A stretch of DNA of 64,000 nucleotides. Source: Polyangiales bacterium. GTDB lineage: Bacteria; Myxococcota_A; Polyangia; Polyangiales; Polyangiaceae. The position numbers were made by a program, and so were the translations under genes. A model generated the notes under the pieces. That model ran no database searches. It was not told the origin of the DNA and saw only the letters and a program-made list of their open reading frames with translations. The DNA lies in assembly GCA_038231275.1 (NCBI GenBank), contig JBBRLQ010000001.1, positions 32,001 to 96,000 of the forward strand, read 5' to 3'. This document shows positions 36,976 through 46,714 of this stretch, piece by piece; position 1 is the stretch's first letter, and the number at the start of each line of letters is the position of its first letter.

Positions 36976-37318
36976 CGAGCAGCCCGACCGCCGCCGGCAC
37001 CGCCTGCACGAAGAGGATCTTTCGCGACGCCGTCGCCGCCCCGTAGAGCCCCGCCACCAGCACGCACGCCAAGAAAAAATAGCGCAGCGGGAACGCGAGC
37101 TCGGCCGGCGCGAAGAGCGACCATGCGAGCCCGGCGGCGAGGAAGCCGTTGTAGAGCCCTTGGTTCGCGGCGAGCACCTTCGATTGCTCCTGCTCTTCTT
37201 TGGAGCGCGCGAACGTCTTCTGCCCGTACGGCGTGGCCCATAGGAACATCTCGAGGACGAGGAAATAGACGTGAAGCGCGGCAACGAGGCCGGCGAGGGC
37301 AGCCGAAGCGGCAAGCAT
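36953..37318 (-). CDS. DUF1304 family membrane protein
   Basis: LHVYFLVLEMFLW, LAANQGLYNGFLAAGL, ILFVQAVPA. Confidence 0.92.
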   Translation of the reverse strand: MLAASAALAGLVAALHVYFLVLEMFLWATPYGQKTFARSKEEQEQSKVLAANQGLYNGFLAAGLAWSLFAPAELAFPLRYFFLACVLVAGLYGAATASRKILFVQAVPAAVGLLVTFLARG

Positions 37319-37440
37319 GGGGGCAGTCTCGCACGGGGACGACCCCGACTGGTCAGCGATTGCGAGGGGCCCTATTCAGGCTCTATCCAGGCGACGACGC
37401 ATCGCGCTATGGTCCATGCCCCTCAAGCCGGGAGGCCGCC

Positions 37441-38724
<1,284 letters not shown>

Positions 38725-38734
38725 CGCGCGCGAG

Positions 38735-38762
38735 AACGGGCGTTCTCAGGGACGCCCGTTTC
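38735..38762 (+). terminator. Hairpin downstream of gltA, probable intrinsic terminator
   Basis: AACGGGCGTTC-TCAG-GGACGCCCGTT 11-bp stem (one G-U pair), 10 nt after the stop. Confidence 0.65.
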
Positions 38763-38909
38763 ACTGCAATTTCAACGAGTTATAGCTCGCCCGTTTCTTG
38801 AAGGGAGAACCTGTCAGCGGCCGCGTAAGACGTGCCGCCTGACAAATTCGTACCTCCCTACGCGACCTCTTGCCAGGAGGTGCGTCAAGAGGGCAAAGGG
38901 GTCTCCCGC

Positions 38910-39518
38910 ATGCGTCCAGGTCTCGCAGATCTCATTCGTCTCGTCGGCGCCGTTGCCGCGATCGTCGCGATCGGGCTCGTCACCGAAGGGTCCGCGTTCG
39001 CGGCGCCGTCGGCGATGACGGACATGGCGGTCGAGGCGGACCTGCGTGACGCGCTGACCGAGCTGGAGACGTCGGGCTCGCGTCCGCTCTCGCTGGAGCT
39101 GAACCCGTTCGTCGGGGTCGTGGCGTCGGGCCTCAGCGGCAACGTCGAGTACGTGCCGGTTCGGCACGTTGGGCTCATCGCGTCGTCGCGGACGAGCCTC
39201 GTCATGCCCGCGTGGGTCAGCGAGGCGGGCGCCCGCTACTACACGGGGCGCAAGCGCGAGGCGAGCGGGTTCTACGTCGGGCCGTCGCTCGTGTACGGGC
39301 AGACGCGCGGCGCGGGGCTCTACGGCGTCGCGGTCGACGGCGGCGTGCAGAAGATCTTCGACAACGGCGTCACCGTCGGCGCCGGCATCGGCGTGCAGTA
39401 CGTGAGCGGCGCGATCGGCGGCTCCTCGCTCGAGGTCGGGCCACTCGTGAGCGACGACAACAGCGTGCGCCGCGCCGTGCTCCCCCGTCTCCTCTTCAGC
39501 GTGGGCTACTCGCTCTAG
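38910..39518 (+). CDS. Small outer-membrane beta-barrel protein (DUF3575-like)
   Basis: Signal peptide; amphipathic strands LELNP, GARYY, GFYVGP, GAGIGVQY; C-terminal LPRLLFSVGYSL. Confidence 0.65.
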   Translation: MRPGLADLIRLVGAVAAIVAIGLVTEGSAFAAPSAMTDMAVEADLRDALTELETSGSRPLSLELNPFVGVVASGLSGNVEYVPVRHVGLIASSRTSLVMPAWVSEAGARYYTGRKREASGFYVGPSLVYGQTRGAGLYGVAVDGGVQKIFDNGVTVGAGIGVQYVSGAIGGSSLEVGPLVSDDNSVRRAVLPRLLFSVGYSL

Positions 39519-39524
39519 GCGACG

Positions 39525-40148
39525 ATGCAGCAGGACGACGTGAAGACGGTCCTCGTGGCCTTTGGCGCAACGCTGCTCTTCGCGTGCGGTGGGACGTCGG
39601 GCAACGGACTCTTCGGCAACGATGCGGACGCCAGCGCGCAAGACAGCGGCGTGACCCCGCCGCCGCCACCTTCCAACAAGGACGGAGGAGGCGTGCCCCC
39701 GCAAGACGCGACGCTCCCGCCGGTCGACTCCGGCCCGCTGCCTCCTCAAGACGCCGGCCCCGGCGACGCCGCCAAGCCCGACGCCGATCCCGGCATTCGC
39801 TGCTTCGGCGAGCCGAGCAAGTACTGCTCACTGACGTCCACGTGCTGCGTCACCGGCGCCGAGACGGCTGGAATTTGCGGCAACGCGAAGGCGTGCACCA
39901 ACGCCGGCGGCGTCGCGTTCCCGTGCGCCGATCAGCGCAACTGCTCTGGCGGCACACCTGGCGACGTGTGCTGCGCCGCGTTCGACGCGACCGCCGGCAA
40001 GATCACGGGCGTCCAATGCCAAGCGACGTGCGCGACGGATGGCACCGAGCACCAGCTCTGCGATCCCGCCACGAAGCCCGACGAGTGCGCCGCGCTCGGC
40101 CTCACGTGCAAGAAGCCGACGGTCCCCGGCTACGCGTACTGCCAGTAG
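39525..40148 (+). CDS. Cys-rich lipoprotein
   Basis: LLFAC|GG lipobox; P/D/A linker; Cys-rich domain PGIRC...LCDP...YCQ. Confidence 0.75.
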   Translation: MQQDDVKTVLVAFGATLLFACGGTSGNGLFGNDADASAQDSGVTPPPPPSNKDGGGVPPQDATLPPVDSGPLPPQDAGPGDAAKPDADPGIRCFGEPSKYCSLTSTCCVTGAETAGICGNAKACTNAGGVAFPCADQRNCSGGTPGDVCCAAFDATAGKITGVQCQATCATDGTEHQLCDPATKPDECAALGLTCKKPTVPGYAYCQ

Positions 40149-40173
40149 GCGCGCGGCCAGCGCGTTGCTGGGA

Positions 40174-41112
40174 TCAGAGCATTCGCTCGAAGAGCGAATA
40201 GATCTCGCGCTCCGCGAAGAGGAGCTCGAGGATCGCGAGGATGAGGAACGGACCGAACGGGATCGCGGCGCGCGCGAAGCCCTCTTCGGGCGGCTTTCCG
40301 AGCGGATCGTCCTCGAGGATCTCCTTCGCCTCGAGGTCCCCTTCGGCGGCGGCCTTCTCGAGCTCTTCGCGCTCGGCGGTGACCGACGCAGGCTCCTCGA
40401 TCTTTCCGCGCACGAGGTAGGTGACGACCGCGAAGAGCGTCCCCTGCACGCTGCCGGCGAGGAGCGTCCAGTACACGCCGGGCCAGCCGAACCACGCGCC
40501 TGCGAGCATGAGGAGCTTCGCGTCGCCGAGGCCCGCGCCTGTGCGACCTCGCAGCTTCTTGTAGAGGAAGCCGAAAAACCACAGCACGAAGAAGCCGGTC
40601 GCCGCGCCGACGAGCGACTGCCCGATGCGCAAGCCGCGGAAGCTCGCGGTCGCAACGCCGAGGATCGCGCCGCCGATCGTGACGGTGTCGGGCAGGTACA
40701 TGTGCTCGGCGTCGATGAACGCAGCCGCTGTGAGGCCGAGGCACAGCGCGAGATCGGCGCCGTAGATCGCGACGACGCGGCCGAGCGGCTCGGAGGCCGG
40801 GAGAGCACGGATCACCACCTCGACGATCGCGAGCGAGAGCGCGCCGCCGATGAGCTCGACGAGCGGATAGCGCGGGCTCATCTTCGCGCCGCAGCACCGC
40901 GCGCGGCCGCGGAGGAGCACGTACGAGAGGACCGGCACGTTGTCGTAGCCGGCGATCGGCTTGCTGCACGCGGGGCAGTGCGAGCCAGGTCGCACGACGC
41001 TCATCTCGCGCGGCACGCGGTAGATGACGACGTTGAGGAAGCTGCCCCAGATCAGCCCGAACGCGATCGCGAACGTGCGGAGGAACCAGAGGGGTGCGTC
41101 GGCGAGGATCAA
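40174..41112 (-). CDS. pilD: Prepilin peptidase/N-methyltransferase
   Basis: GSFLNVVIYRVP, SHCPAC, RGRARCC, YPLVE, FID..LPD, GLGDAKL, IPFGPFL. Confidence 0.95.
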   Translation of the reverse strand: MILADAPLWFLRTFAIAFGLIWGSFLNVVIYRVPREMSVVRPGSHCPACSKPIAGYDNVPVLSYVLLRGRARCCGAKMSPRYPLVELIGGALSLAIVEVVIRALPASEPLGRVVAIYGADLALCLGLTAAAFIDAEHMYLPDTVTIGGAILGVATASFRGLRIGQSLVGAATGFFVLWFFGFLYKKLRGRTGAGLGDAKLLMLAGAWFGWPGVYWTLLAGSVQGTLFAVVTYLVRGKIEEPASVTAEREELEKAAAEGDLEAKEILEDDPLGKPPEEGFARAAIPFGPFLILAILELLFAEREIYSLFERML

Positions 41113-41209
41113 TGGACGGGGTTTACGAGGACGTCGCGGTCTAGGAGCCAAGAGGAGCATAACGGCGGGCGTGACATCGTGGCACTTTCACGGTATCCGC
41201 CGCGGTGTC

Positions 41210-41821
41210 GTGCTCGTATCGATCAACCCCGACCACCCGGAGCCGCGCAAGGTCCGCAAAGCCGTCGAGGCGCTCGAGGCAGGCGAGGTGATCGCGTACC
41301 CGACGGACACGGTCTACGGGCTGGGCTGCGACCTCTTCAACAAGAAGGCGGTCGAGAAGCTCTACGCGATCAAGCGGATGGACAAAAACCATCAGCTCGC
41401 CTTCATCTGCCCCGACCTCGGCAACATCGCGCGCTACGCGATCGTGGAGAACCAGCACTACCGCGTCCTCCGGCGCATGCTGCCTGGGCCGTACTGCTTC
41501 ATCCTCGAGGCAACACGCGAGGTGCCCAAGCTCGTCCAGAGCAAGCGCAAGACCGTGGGCATCCGCGTGCCGGCGCACGAGGTCATCCGCGCGATCACGC
41601 GCGAGCTCGGCCGTCCGGTGATCTCGACGACGGCGCAGCACTTGGGCGAAGCGGAGCCGCACGTGGACCCGCACGAGATCGACGCGGCGTTCCGGGGCCT
41701 GGGGCTGGTGCTCGACGCGGGCGGCGGCGGGGTAGTGCCGACCACGGTCGTGGACCTCACACAGATCCCGCCGATCATCGTGCGCGAGGGCGCGGGGTCG
41801 ATCGAAGAGCTGATGAAGTGA
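41210..41821 (+). CDS. Sua5/YciO/YrdC family protein (TsaC-like)
   Basis: YPTDTVYGLGC, LPGPYCFIL, TVGIRVP, PVISTTA, PTTVVDL. Confidence 0.93.
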   Translation: MLVSINPDHPEPRKVRKAVEALEAGEVIAYPTDTVYGLGCDLFNKKAVEKLYAIKRMDKNHQLAFICPDLGNIARYAIVENQHYRVLRRMLPGPYCFILEATREVPKLVQSKRKTVGIRVPAHEVIRAITRELGRPVISTTAQHLGEAEPHVDPHEIDAAFRGLGLVLDAGGGGVVPTTVVDLTQIPPIIVREGAGSIEELMK

Positions 41822-41833
41822 TCCGCCGCCGGA

Positions 41834-42325
41834 TCAGCCGGCCCCGGCGTCCGACAGCGCCGAGTCCCCACCGGCATCCTGAGCCACCCGAGGTTGGCAT
41901 CGCATAGAGGGTTTCGGCGCGCCACACCAACGGCCAGCGTTGCAATTCGCGACGATCGATCCGGCGCCGGTGCACGCATAGACGCAGGACAGGAGGTCGT
42001 TGCCGCACGCGGAGCCGATGGATGGGTAATCGTCGCTGGGGCAGGCCGCCGAGTTGCCGCCGAGCAGATCGCCGTGGTAGCGCGCGCACCAATGCCCATC
42101 CACGCAAATTGCTTCTAGGTCGTGTCCGTCCTCTGCCCTCCAGTGCGCCTCTGCGCCGCAGCATTCAGCACCAGGAGACACCGGGGTCCCGGACGGCACA
42201 ATCGCGCAGACGTCGGCCGCTCCGTCGACCTCGGTGCCGACGCTGGCGTCCGCGGCGTCGATTGTCCCGGACCGACACCCCGCGAGGATCAGCGGAACGA
42301 GTGCAACCAACCGCCCTGATCCCAT
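41834..42325 (-). CDS. Cys-rich lipoprotein
   Basis: ILAGC lipobox; CPSDDYPSIGSAC..CVY..C..GRWC module. Confidence 0.6.
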   Translation of the reverse strand: MGSGRLVALVPLILAGCRSGTIDAADASVGTEVDGAADVCAIVPSGTPVSPGAECCGAEAHWRAEDGHDLEAICVDGHWCARYHGDLLGGNSAACPSDDYPSIGSACGNDLLSCVYACTGAGSIVANCNAGRWCGAPKPSMRCQPRVAQDAGGDSALSDAGAG

Positions 42326-42359
42326 ATTGGCGTTAGTCTGAGCTAACGAAGGGTGATGC

Positions 42360-43163
42360 TCAAGGGTCGAGAACGCGAGCGCCCCGGCCGACATCGCATG
42401 CATTCACGATCGCCGCGTGGTGGACGCGCTTCGCCCAGCGGATCTGAGCGAGGAGACGATCGCGGGGACGCGCCGCCATGCGACCGGCAATGAGCGACGC
42501 GAGGACGCACCCAGTGCCGTGGAGCTGCGCTGCGCGGACGCGAGGGAGGGAGATCTCGTGGACCCGTCCGCCGTGGGCGAGCACGTCGATCGCATTTCTC
42601 CCGCGCAGATGACCGCCCTTCACCAGCGCGGCCCGCGCGCCGAACCCGCAGAGCGCGACGGCCGCAACGGCAGCTTCGTCGAGGTTCGTGACACGGAGGC
42701 CGGTGAGCGCCTCGGCCTCCACGACGTTGGCCGTCACGAGCGACGCGCGCGGTAGGAGAAGCGATCTCAGATCGCGCAGCGCGCGCGCCGCGAGGAGGCG
42801 TGAGCTCCCGCGCGATGGAAGCATGACGGGATCGACCACGACCGGAATCTCCGGATGACGCGCGAGGAGGCGCGCGACGGCCCGGACGTTTCCAGCGTCG
42901 CCCAGCGCCCCGATCTTGATGGCGCGAACGCGCTGGTGGGCCAGCACTTCACGAGCCTGCGCGACGATCCGCGCGGCCGGGAGGGAGCGCGCAGAACGCA
43001 TGCCCGCGGTCGACTGGACGGTCGATACCGCGACGACCGCGCAGCCGAACACACCCGCCGCCTCGAACGCACGGACGTCGGCGAGCACACCCGCGCCGCC
43101 GCCGGGATCGAGCCCGGCGATCGAGAGCGCGCATGCGATTCTCTCGGAGCGCGGAGGTGTCAC
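42360..43163 (-). CDS. thiD: Hydroxymethylpyrimidine/phosphomethylpyrimidine kinase
   Basis: LSIAGLDPGGGAG..AD, AIKIG, VVDPVM, LVKGGH, HGTGC; start uncertain (43163 or 43205). Confidence 0.93.
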   Translation of the reverse strand: MTPPRSERIACALSIAGLDPGGGAGVLADVRAFEAAGVFGCAVVAVSTVQSTAGMRSARSLPAARIVAQAREVLAHQRVRAIKIGALGDAGNVRAVARLLARHPEIPVVVDPVMLPSRGSSRLLAARALRDLRSLLLPRASLVTANVVEAEALTGLRVTNLDEAAVAAVALCGFGARAALVKGGHLRGRNAIDVLAHGGRVHEISLPRVRAAQLHGTGCVLASLIAGRMAARPRDRLLAQIRWAKRVHHAAIVNACDVGRGARVLDP

Positions 43164-43173
43164 CCGTCGACCC

Positions 43174-43719
43174 TCAGGACCCGGCGGCGGTGTGATCGAA
43201 GACATACCGACCGAGCGCGCGCTCGCCCGCCTCGCTCACGCTCACGAGCTCGACCACCACGCGCGCGGTCGGCAGCGTGCGCAGGAAATCGCCGCGCTCG
43301 ACGGTGCGCACCACACCGCGCTGCGCGTCGAAGGGCACGTCCTTCTGACGAACGACGACGCCGCCGGGGAGGGTCTTGACGATATCGATCTGCTGGACAC
43401 CCGAGAGATCGGCCTGGAAATGCGTCGCATGGTAGACGTCGTCGGGCCCCACGCTGCACGCGACCGAGCCACCGGCTTCGATGCGGTAGGTCCGCGCGAC
43501 GAGCCCCGCGTCGTCGAGTCGCTGGAGCAGGACAGGGGGCGGAGCGAAGCGCACCTTCCCGGCGCCGACCAGCTCGCGCACCGCGTCGCCGAGCACGAGC
43601 AGGCGCTCGAAGGTGTGCGCGCACGTGCCGCAGGCGAGCACGTGCTCCTCGACCTCGGCGCTCTCCCTCTCTTCGAGATCGCCGAGCGCGAGCGCCGTGA
43701 GTCGTTCGAGCTCGATCAC
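43174..43719 (-). CDS. Zinc-binding anti-sigma factor (zf-HC2), soluble
   Basis: EEHVLACGTC (HxxxCxxC); no TM helix; overlaps sigma stop. Confidence 0.82.
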   Translation of the reverse strand: MIELERLTALALGDLEERESAEVEEHVLACGTCAHTFERLLVLGDAVRELVGAGKVRFAPPPVLLQRLDDAGLVARTYRIEAGGSVACSVGPDDVYHATHFQADLSGVQQIDIVKTLPGGVVVRQKDVPFDAQRGVVRTVERGDFLRTLPTARVVVELVSVSEAGERALGRYVFDHTAAGS

Positions 43720-44276
43720 GCCGCACCTCCCGTCACGCAGTCATGGAGGTGCCGGAGCGCGCGGAGGCGGGCGACGCGCACGTTCCCCATCGACATCGCC
43801 AGCTCCTCCGCGATCTCCTGCCCGTCGAGGTCGGCAAAGTACGTCATGACGACGATCGTGCGCTCTCGCGCGCCGAGCCGATCGAAGCACAGCGCGAGCT
43901 TGTCCTTGTCGACGATCGTCGGAGCGGTGCCGACGGCAGACGCCAGCTCCGGGCCGAACCGCTCGAGGAGCGTCAGTCGCCGGCGATCGCCGGTCTTCCA
44001 CTGAAGCACGGTGTGGCGGCAGATCCCCATCGTGAAGGCCGCGAGCCGGTCCGGCTCCTCTACCCTGCCGGCGCGGAGCGCCTCGAGGAGCAGGACCATG
44101 ACGTCCTGCGCGAGATCGGAGGCTGCGGCAGCGTCTCGCAGGTGCCGAAGCCCGTACGCGCGGGCGCGGGGGAGGAAGCGTTGGCAGAGGAGCGCCTCGG
44201 CGGAGGCATCGCGATCGAGCATGATGCGCCGCGCCAAGGCCGCGTCCTCCACAGAGTCGTCGTGCCGCGCCTCCAT
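43716..44276 (-). CDS. ECF RNA polymerase sigma factor
   Basis: AASDLAQDV region 2; LGARERTIV..EIAEEL..GNVRVARLRAL region 4. Confidence 0.92.
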   Translation of the reverse strand: MEARHDDSVEDAALARRIMLDRDASAEALLCQRFLPRARAYGLRHLRDAAAASDLAQDVMVLLLEALRAGRVEEPDRLAAFTMGICRHTVLQWKTGDRRRLTLLERFGPELASAVGTAPTIVDKDKLALCFDRLGARERTIVVMTYFADLDGQEIAEELAMSMGNVRVARLRALRHLHDCVTGGAA

Positions 44277-44297
44277 CCGACACGAGAGCGTATCAGG

Positions 44298-45023
44298 TCA
44301 CGCTCCGAGCGCCTCCCCGAGGGCACGGAGAAGCTTTCCGCCGTCGCCCCGCCAGGCGGCGCCATGCATGCAGGCGAGCGTCCTCGGCGCCGTGGCCGCG
44401 AGCTTCTCGACGAGCGGCCCGAGGTTCTTGCCGTGCGAGTAGTAGTCCATCACCTTGCGGAACGCCTCGCTCGGACCGAGGATGTCCGACTCGGTGATCA
44501 CCGGATGGTCGGCGCCACCCTGCGTGAGCAGATCCCCGCTGAACAGCGTCCGCGTGGTCTCCTCGAGGAGGAATCCGTTCTCCCACGCGTGAGGGAGGTG
44601 CGGCGCGTCGAGCCAGCGCACGGTCTTCTTTCCGAGGGTCATCGCCTCCCCGTCCTTCATCGGCCGCGGCTCGCGATCCGCCAGATCGTTCATCGACACC
44701 ATCGCCGCGACCATCGAGCAGACGGGACGCGCGTGCGGCGCCGCGGCGAGAAACTCGTTGATCGCACCCGACTCGTCCGCCTCCACGTGTGAAAAGGCGA
44801 TCCAGCGGAGCTTCTCGATCGGCAGCACGCTCGCGATGGCTTCGCGTACCAGCGGGAACATGCGACGGGGGCCGGTGTGGAAGACGAGCGGCTCGTCGTC
44901 GACGACCAGGTACTGGTTGAACGAGAACCCGCCGGGGATCTCCCGGATGGGCGTGTGGATCTTGTAGATACCGTCTTCAATCGCGTCGATTCGCGTCCCC
45001 GTTTGCGTGTTCGTGATGGGCAT
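44298..45023 (-). CDS. MBL-fold metalloprotein (FprA N-terminal/ODP-like di-iron)
   Basis: FNQYL, HTG, SHVEADESG, PHLPHAWE, LFSGDL, ACMHG. Confidence 0.85.
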   Translation of the reverse strand: MPITNTQTGTRIDAIEDGIYKIHTPIREIPGGFSFNQYLVVDDEPLVFHTGPRRMFPLVREAIASVLPIEKLRWIAFSHVEADESGAINEFLAAAPHARPVCSMVAAMVSMNDLADREPRPMKDGEAMTLGKKTVRWLDAPHLPHAWENGFLLEETTRTLFSGDLLTQGGADHPVITESDILGPSEAFRKVMDYYSHGKNLGPLVEKLAATAPRTLACMHGAAWRGDGGKLLRALGEALGA

Positions 45024-45117
45024 CGTTGCCTCCCTTGGCTGTTGTCGCGTGAGTCGGCCTCGCGTTACGCCGCCACGTAAGAAAAAAGGGCGCCTCGCGA
45101 GGATGACATGGTCGACG

Positions 45118-45147
45118 TTGACAGTTCGAAAGCGCGCCTGGTACGCA
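45118..45147 (+). promoter_or_regulatory. Possible sigma70 promoter of the Glt-like cluster
   Basis: Perfect TTGACA (45118-45123), 18-nt spacer, weak -10 TACGCA, 10 nt before ATG 45158. Confidence 0.35.
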
Positions 45148-45157
45148 AAAGGGCGAT

Positions 45158-45847
45158 ATGGCGAGCACGCGGCGGCATCTGGTGCGTACCGCGTGCGCGC
45201 TTTCGGTGGCCGCTGCGGGGTTCGCCGTCGCGCGCGAGGCCGGTGCGCAGTGCGTCGACGAGGAGCTCAAACAGGAGCTGATCGGCGGCCGTCATTACCG
45301 CGGCGTCCAGGAGCGCCTCTTCACCAAGGCCTACCGCCACGAGCTGTCGGCGATGGGCGGCTACTACGCGGCCGACCTCTACTCCTCGAACTGGATCGCC
45401 GGCGGCGCCTACACCTTCCATTTCTCGGAGGATCTCGGGCTCGAGGCTTCCGTGCAATTTACACGCTTCCGCACCGCGGTGACCGACACCTACGAGCGCC
45501 GCTACCCGCAGGTGCAGATCGAGGACCGGACCAACAAGCCAGGACGCCTGTATTTTGGGCACCTCGTGTGGTCGTTTGCCTACGGCAAGCTGCGGTGGAT
45601 GGGCGACGGGATCAGCCGCTTCGACTTCAACTTCGCGATGGGCGGCGGCGTGACCGACGACTCGACGGCGCGCGGGCTCACGGCGAGCGCCGGGCTCGGC
45701 ACCAAGTGGTACTTCGGAAAGTGGTTCAGCGTGCGCTTCGACTTCCGCGACCACGTCCTGCGCGAGACGCTCATCGGCGAGGAGCACCTCGTCAACGATC
45801 TGGTCGTCACCGGTGGTGTGAGCGTGTGGCTACCTTTCGGCGGGTGA
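45158..45847 (+). CDS. Outer-membrane beta-barrel protein, GltA/GltB (NfsA/B)-like
   Basis: VQERLFTKAYRHELS, YTFHFSEDLGLE, AYGKL, FDF, VRFDFRD; C-terminal GVSVWLP. Confidence 0.8.
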   Translation: MASTRRHLVRTACALSVAAAGFAVAREAGAQCVDEELKQELIGGRHYRGVQERLFTKAYRHELSAMGGYYAADLYSSNWIAGGAYTFHFSEDLGLEASVQFTRFRTAVTDTYERRYPQVQIEDRTNKPGRLYFGHLVWSFAYGKLRWMGDGISRFDFNFAMGGGVTDDSTARGLTASAGLGTKWYFGKWFSVRFDFRDHVLRETLIGEEHLVNDLVVTGGVSVWLPFGG

Positions 45848-45930
45848 GCGGAGCGAAGCGCAGCGGAGCGAAACGCTCCTGGCGGAAAGGCTCTCTTCAT
45901 TCTGGCGCGGGCAGCCGGTAGCATGGGCGT

Positions 45931-46710
45931 GTGCGGACTCGTCTGACCTTCGCGTGCGCCGTCGCGCTGCTCGTGGCCCTTGCGACGGGCACCGTGGCCA
46001 TCGCCCAACCGCGCGGCCGCGGACCGGGCCCCAAGCCCAAGCCTCCGGCGAAAGTGGACGCTGGCGTCGAGGCGCCCGCGGCCGACGACGGAGGCGCCGC
46101 GCTCCCGACGACGGCCCCGAGCCTCGGCGACGCGGGCGCGACCGCCCTCCCCTCGCCCTCGAGCTTCTACGACGGCGGACAAAAGCCGTCGCCATTGAAT
46201 CCCGCGCCGAACGAGCTGCCGAGCGGCGCGCCTCCGCCTGCCGGCACCGCGGTGGACTACGACAAGCTCCTCGGCGACATCTCCGCCCTGCGCGCGCGCG
46301 TGGCCACGGTCGGCGACGCGCTCTTTCTATCGCGCATCGACGTGAGCGTTCAAAACGAAGGGGACCGCGCGAAGGTGACGCGCCTCACCGTGTCGCTCGA
46401 CGACGGCGTCGTCTACACGATGGACGCGACGAGCCACTTCGAGGACATGACGCGCATCTACGACCACGCCGTCGCCCCGGGCCGCCACGCGGTGACCTTC
46501 GACGTCGAGCGAAAGGACAACAAGGAAGACGCGTTCCGCACTGCGCAGCGCTCGCGCGTCATCGTCGACGTGCCGAAGGATCAGAAGCTGTCCGTCGAGG
46601 CGCGCATCACCGACGACTCGACAATGGGGGCGGATTTCCCGGGTGATCGCAGCGGAAAGTACGATCTGCGCATTCGCGTCCGCGCCATCGCGCGCGCGGC
46701 GGGGAAGTAG
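45931..46710 (+). CDS. Secreted hypothetical protein (Pro-rich linker, coiled coil, beta-sandwich)
   Basis: Signal peptide AIA|Q; VSLDDGVVY, VAPGRHAVTFDVE. Confidence 0.7.
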   Translation: MRTRLTFACAVALLVALATGTVAIAQPRGRGPGPKPKPPAKVDAGVEAPAADDGGAALPTTAPSLGDAGATALPSPSSFYDGGQKPSPLNPAPNELPSGAPPPAGTAVDYDKLLGDISALRARVATVGDALFLSRIDVSVQNEGDRAKVTRLTVSLDDGVVYTMDATSHFEDMTRIYDHAVAPGRHAVTFDVERKDNKEDAFRTAQRSRVIVDVPKDQKLSVEARITDDSTMGADFPGDRSGKYDLRIRVRAIARAAGK

Positions 46711-46714
46711 CTCA

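Noticed and set aside
41179-41195. TGGCAC upstream of the Sua5/YciO gene as a sigma54 -24 box
   Set aside because: No GC at the -12 position
41834-42360. Slightly lower-GC stretch as a mobile insertion
   Set aside because: No transposase, terminal repeats or target duplication seen; composition shift judged by eye only
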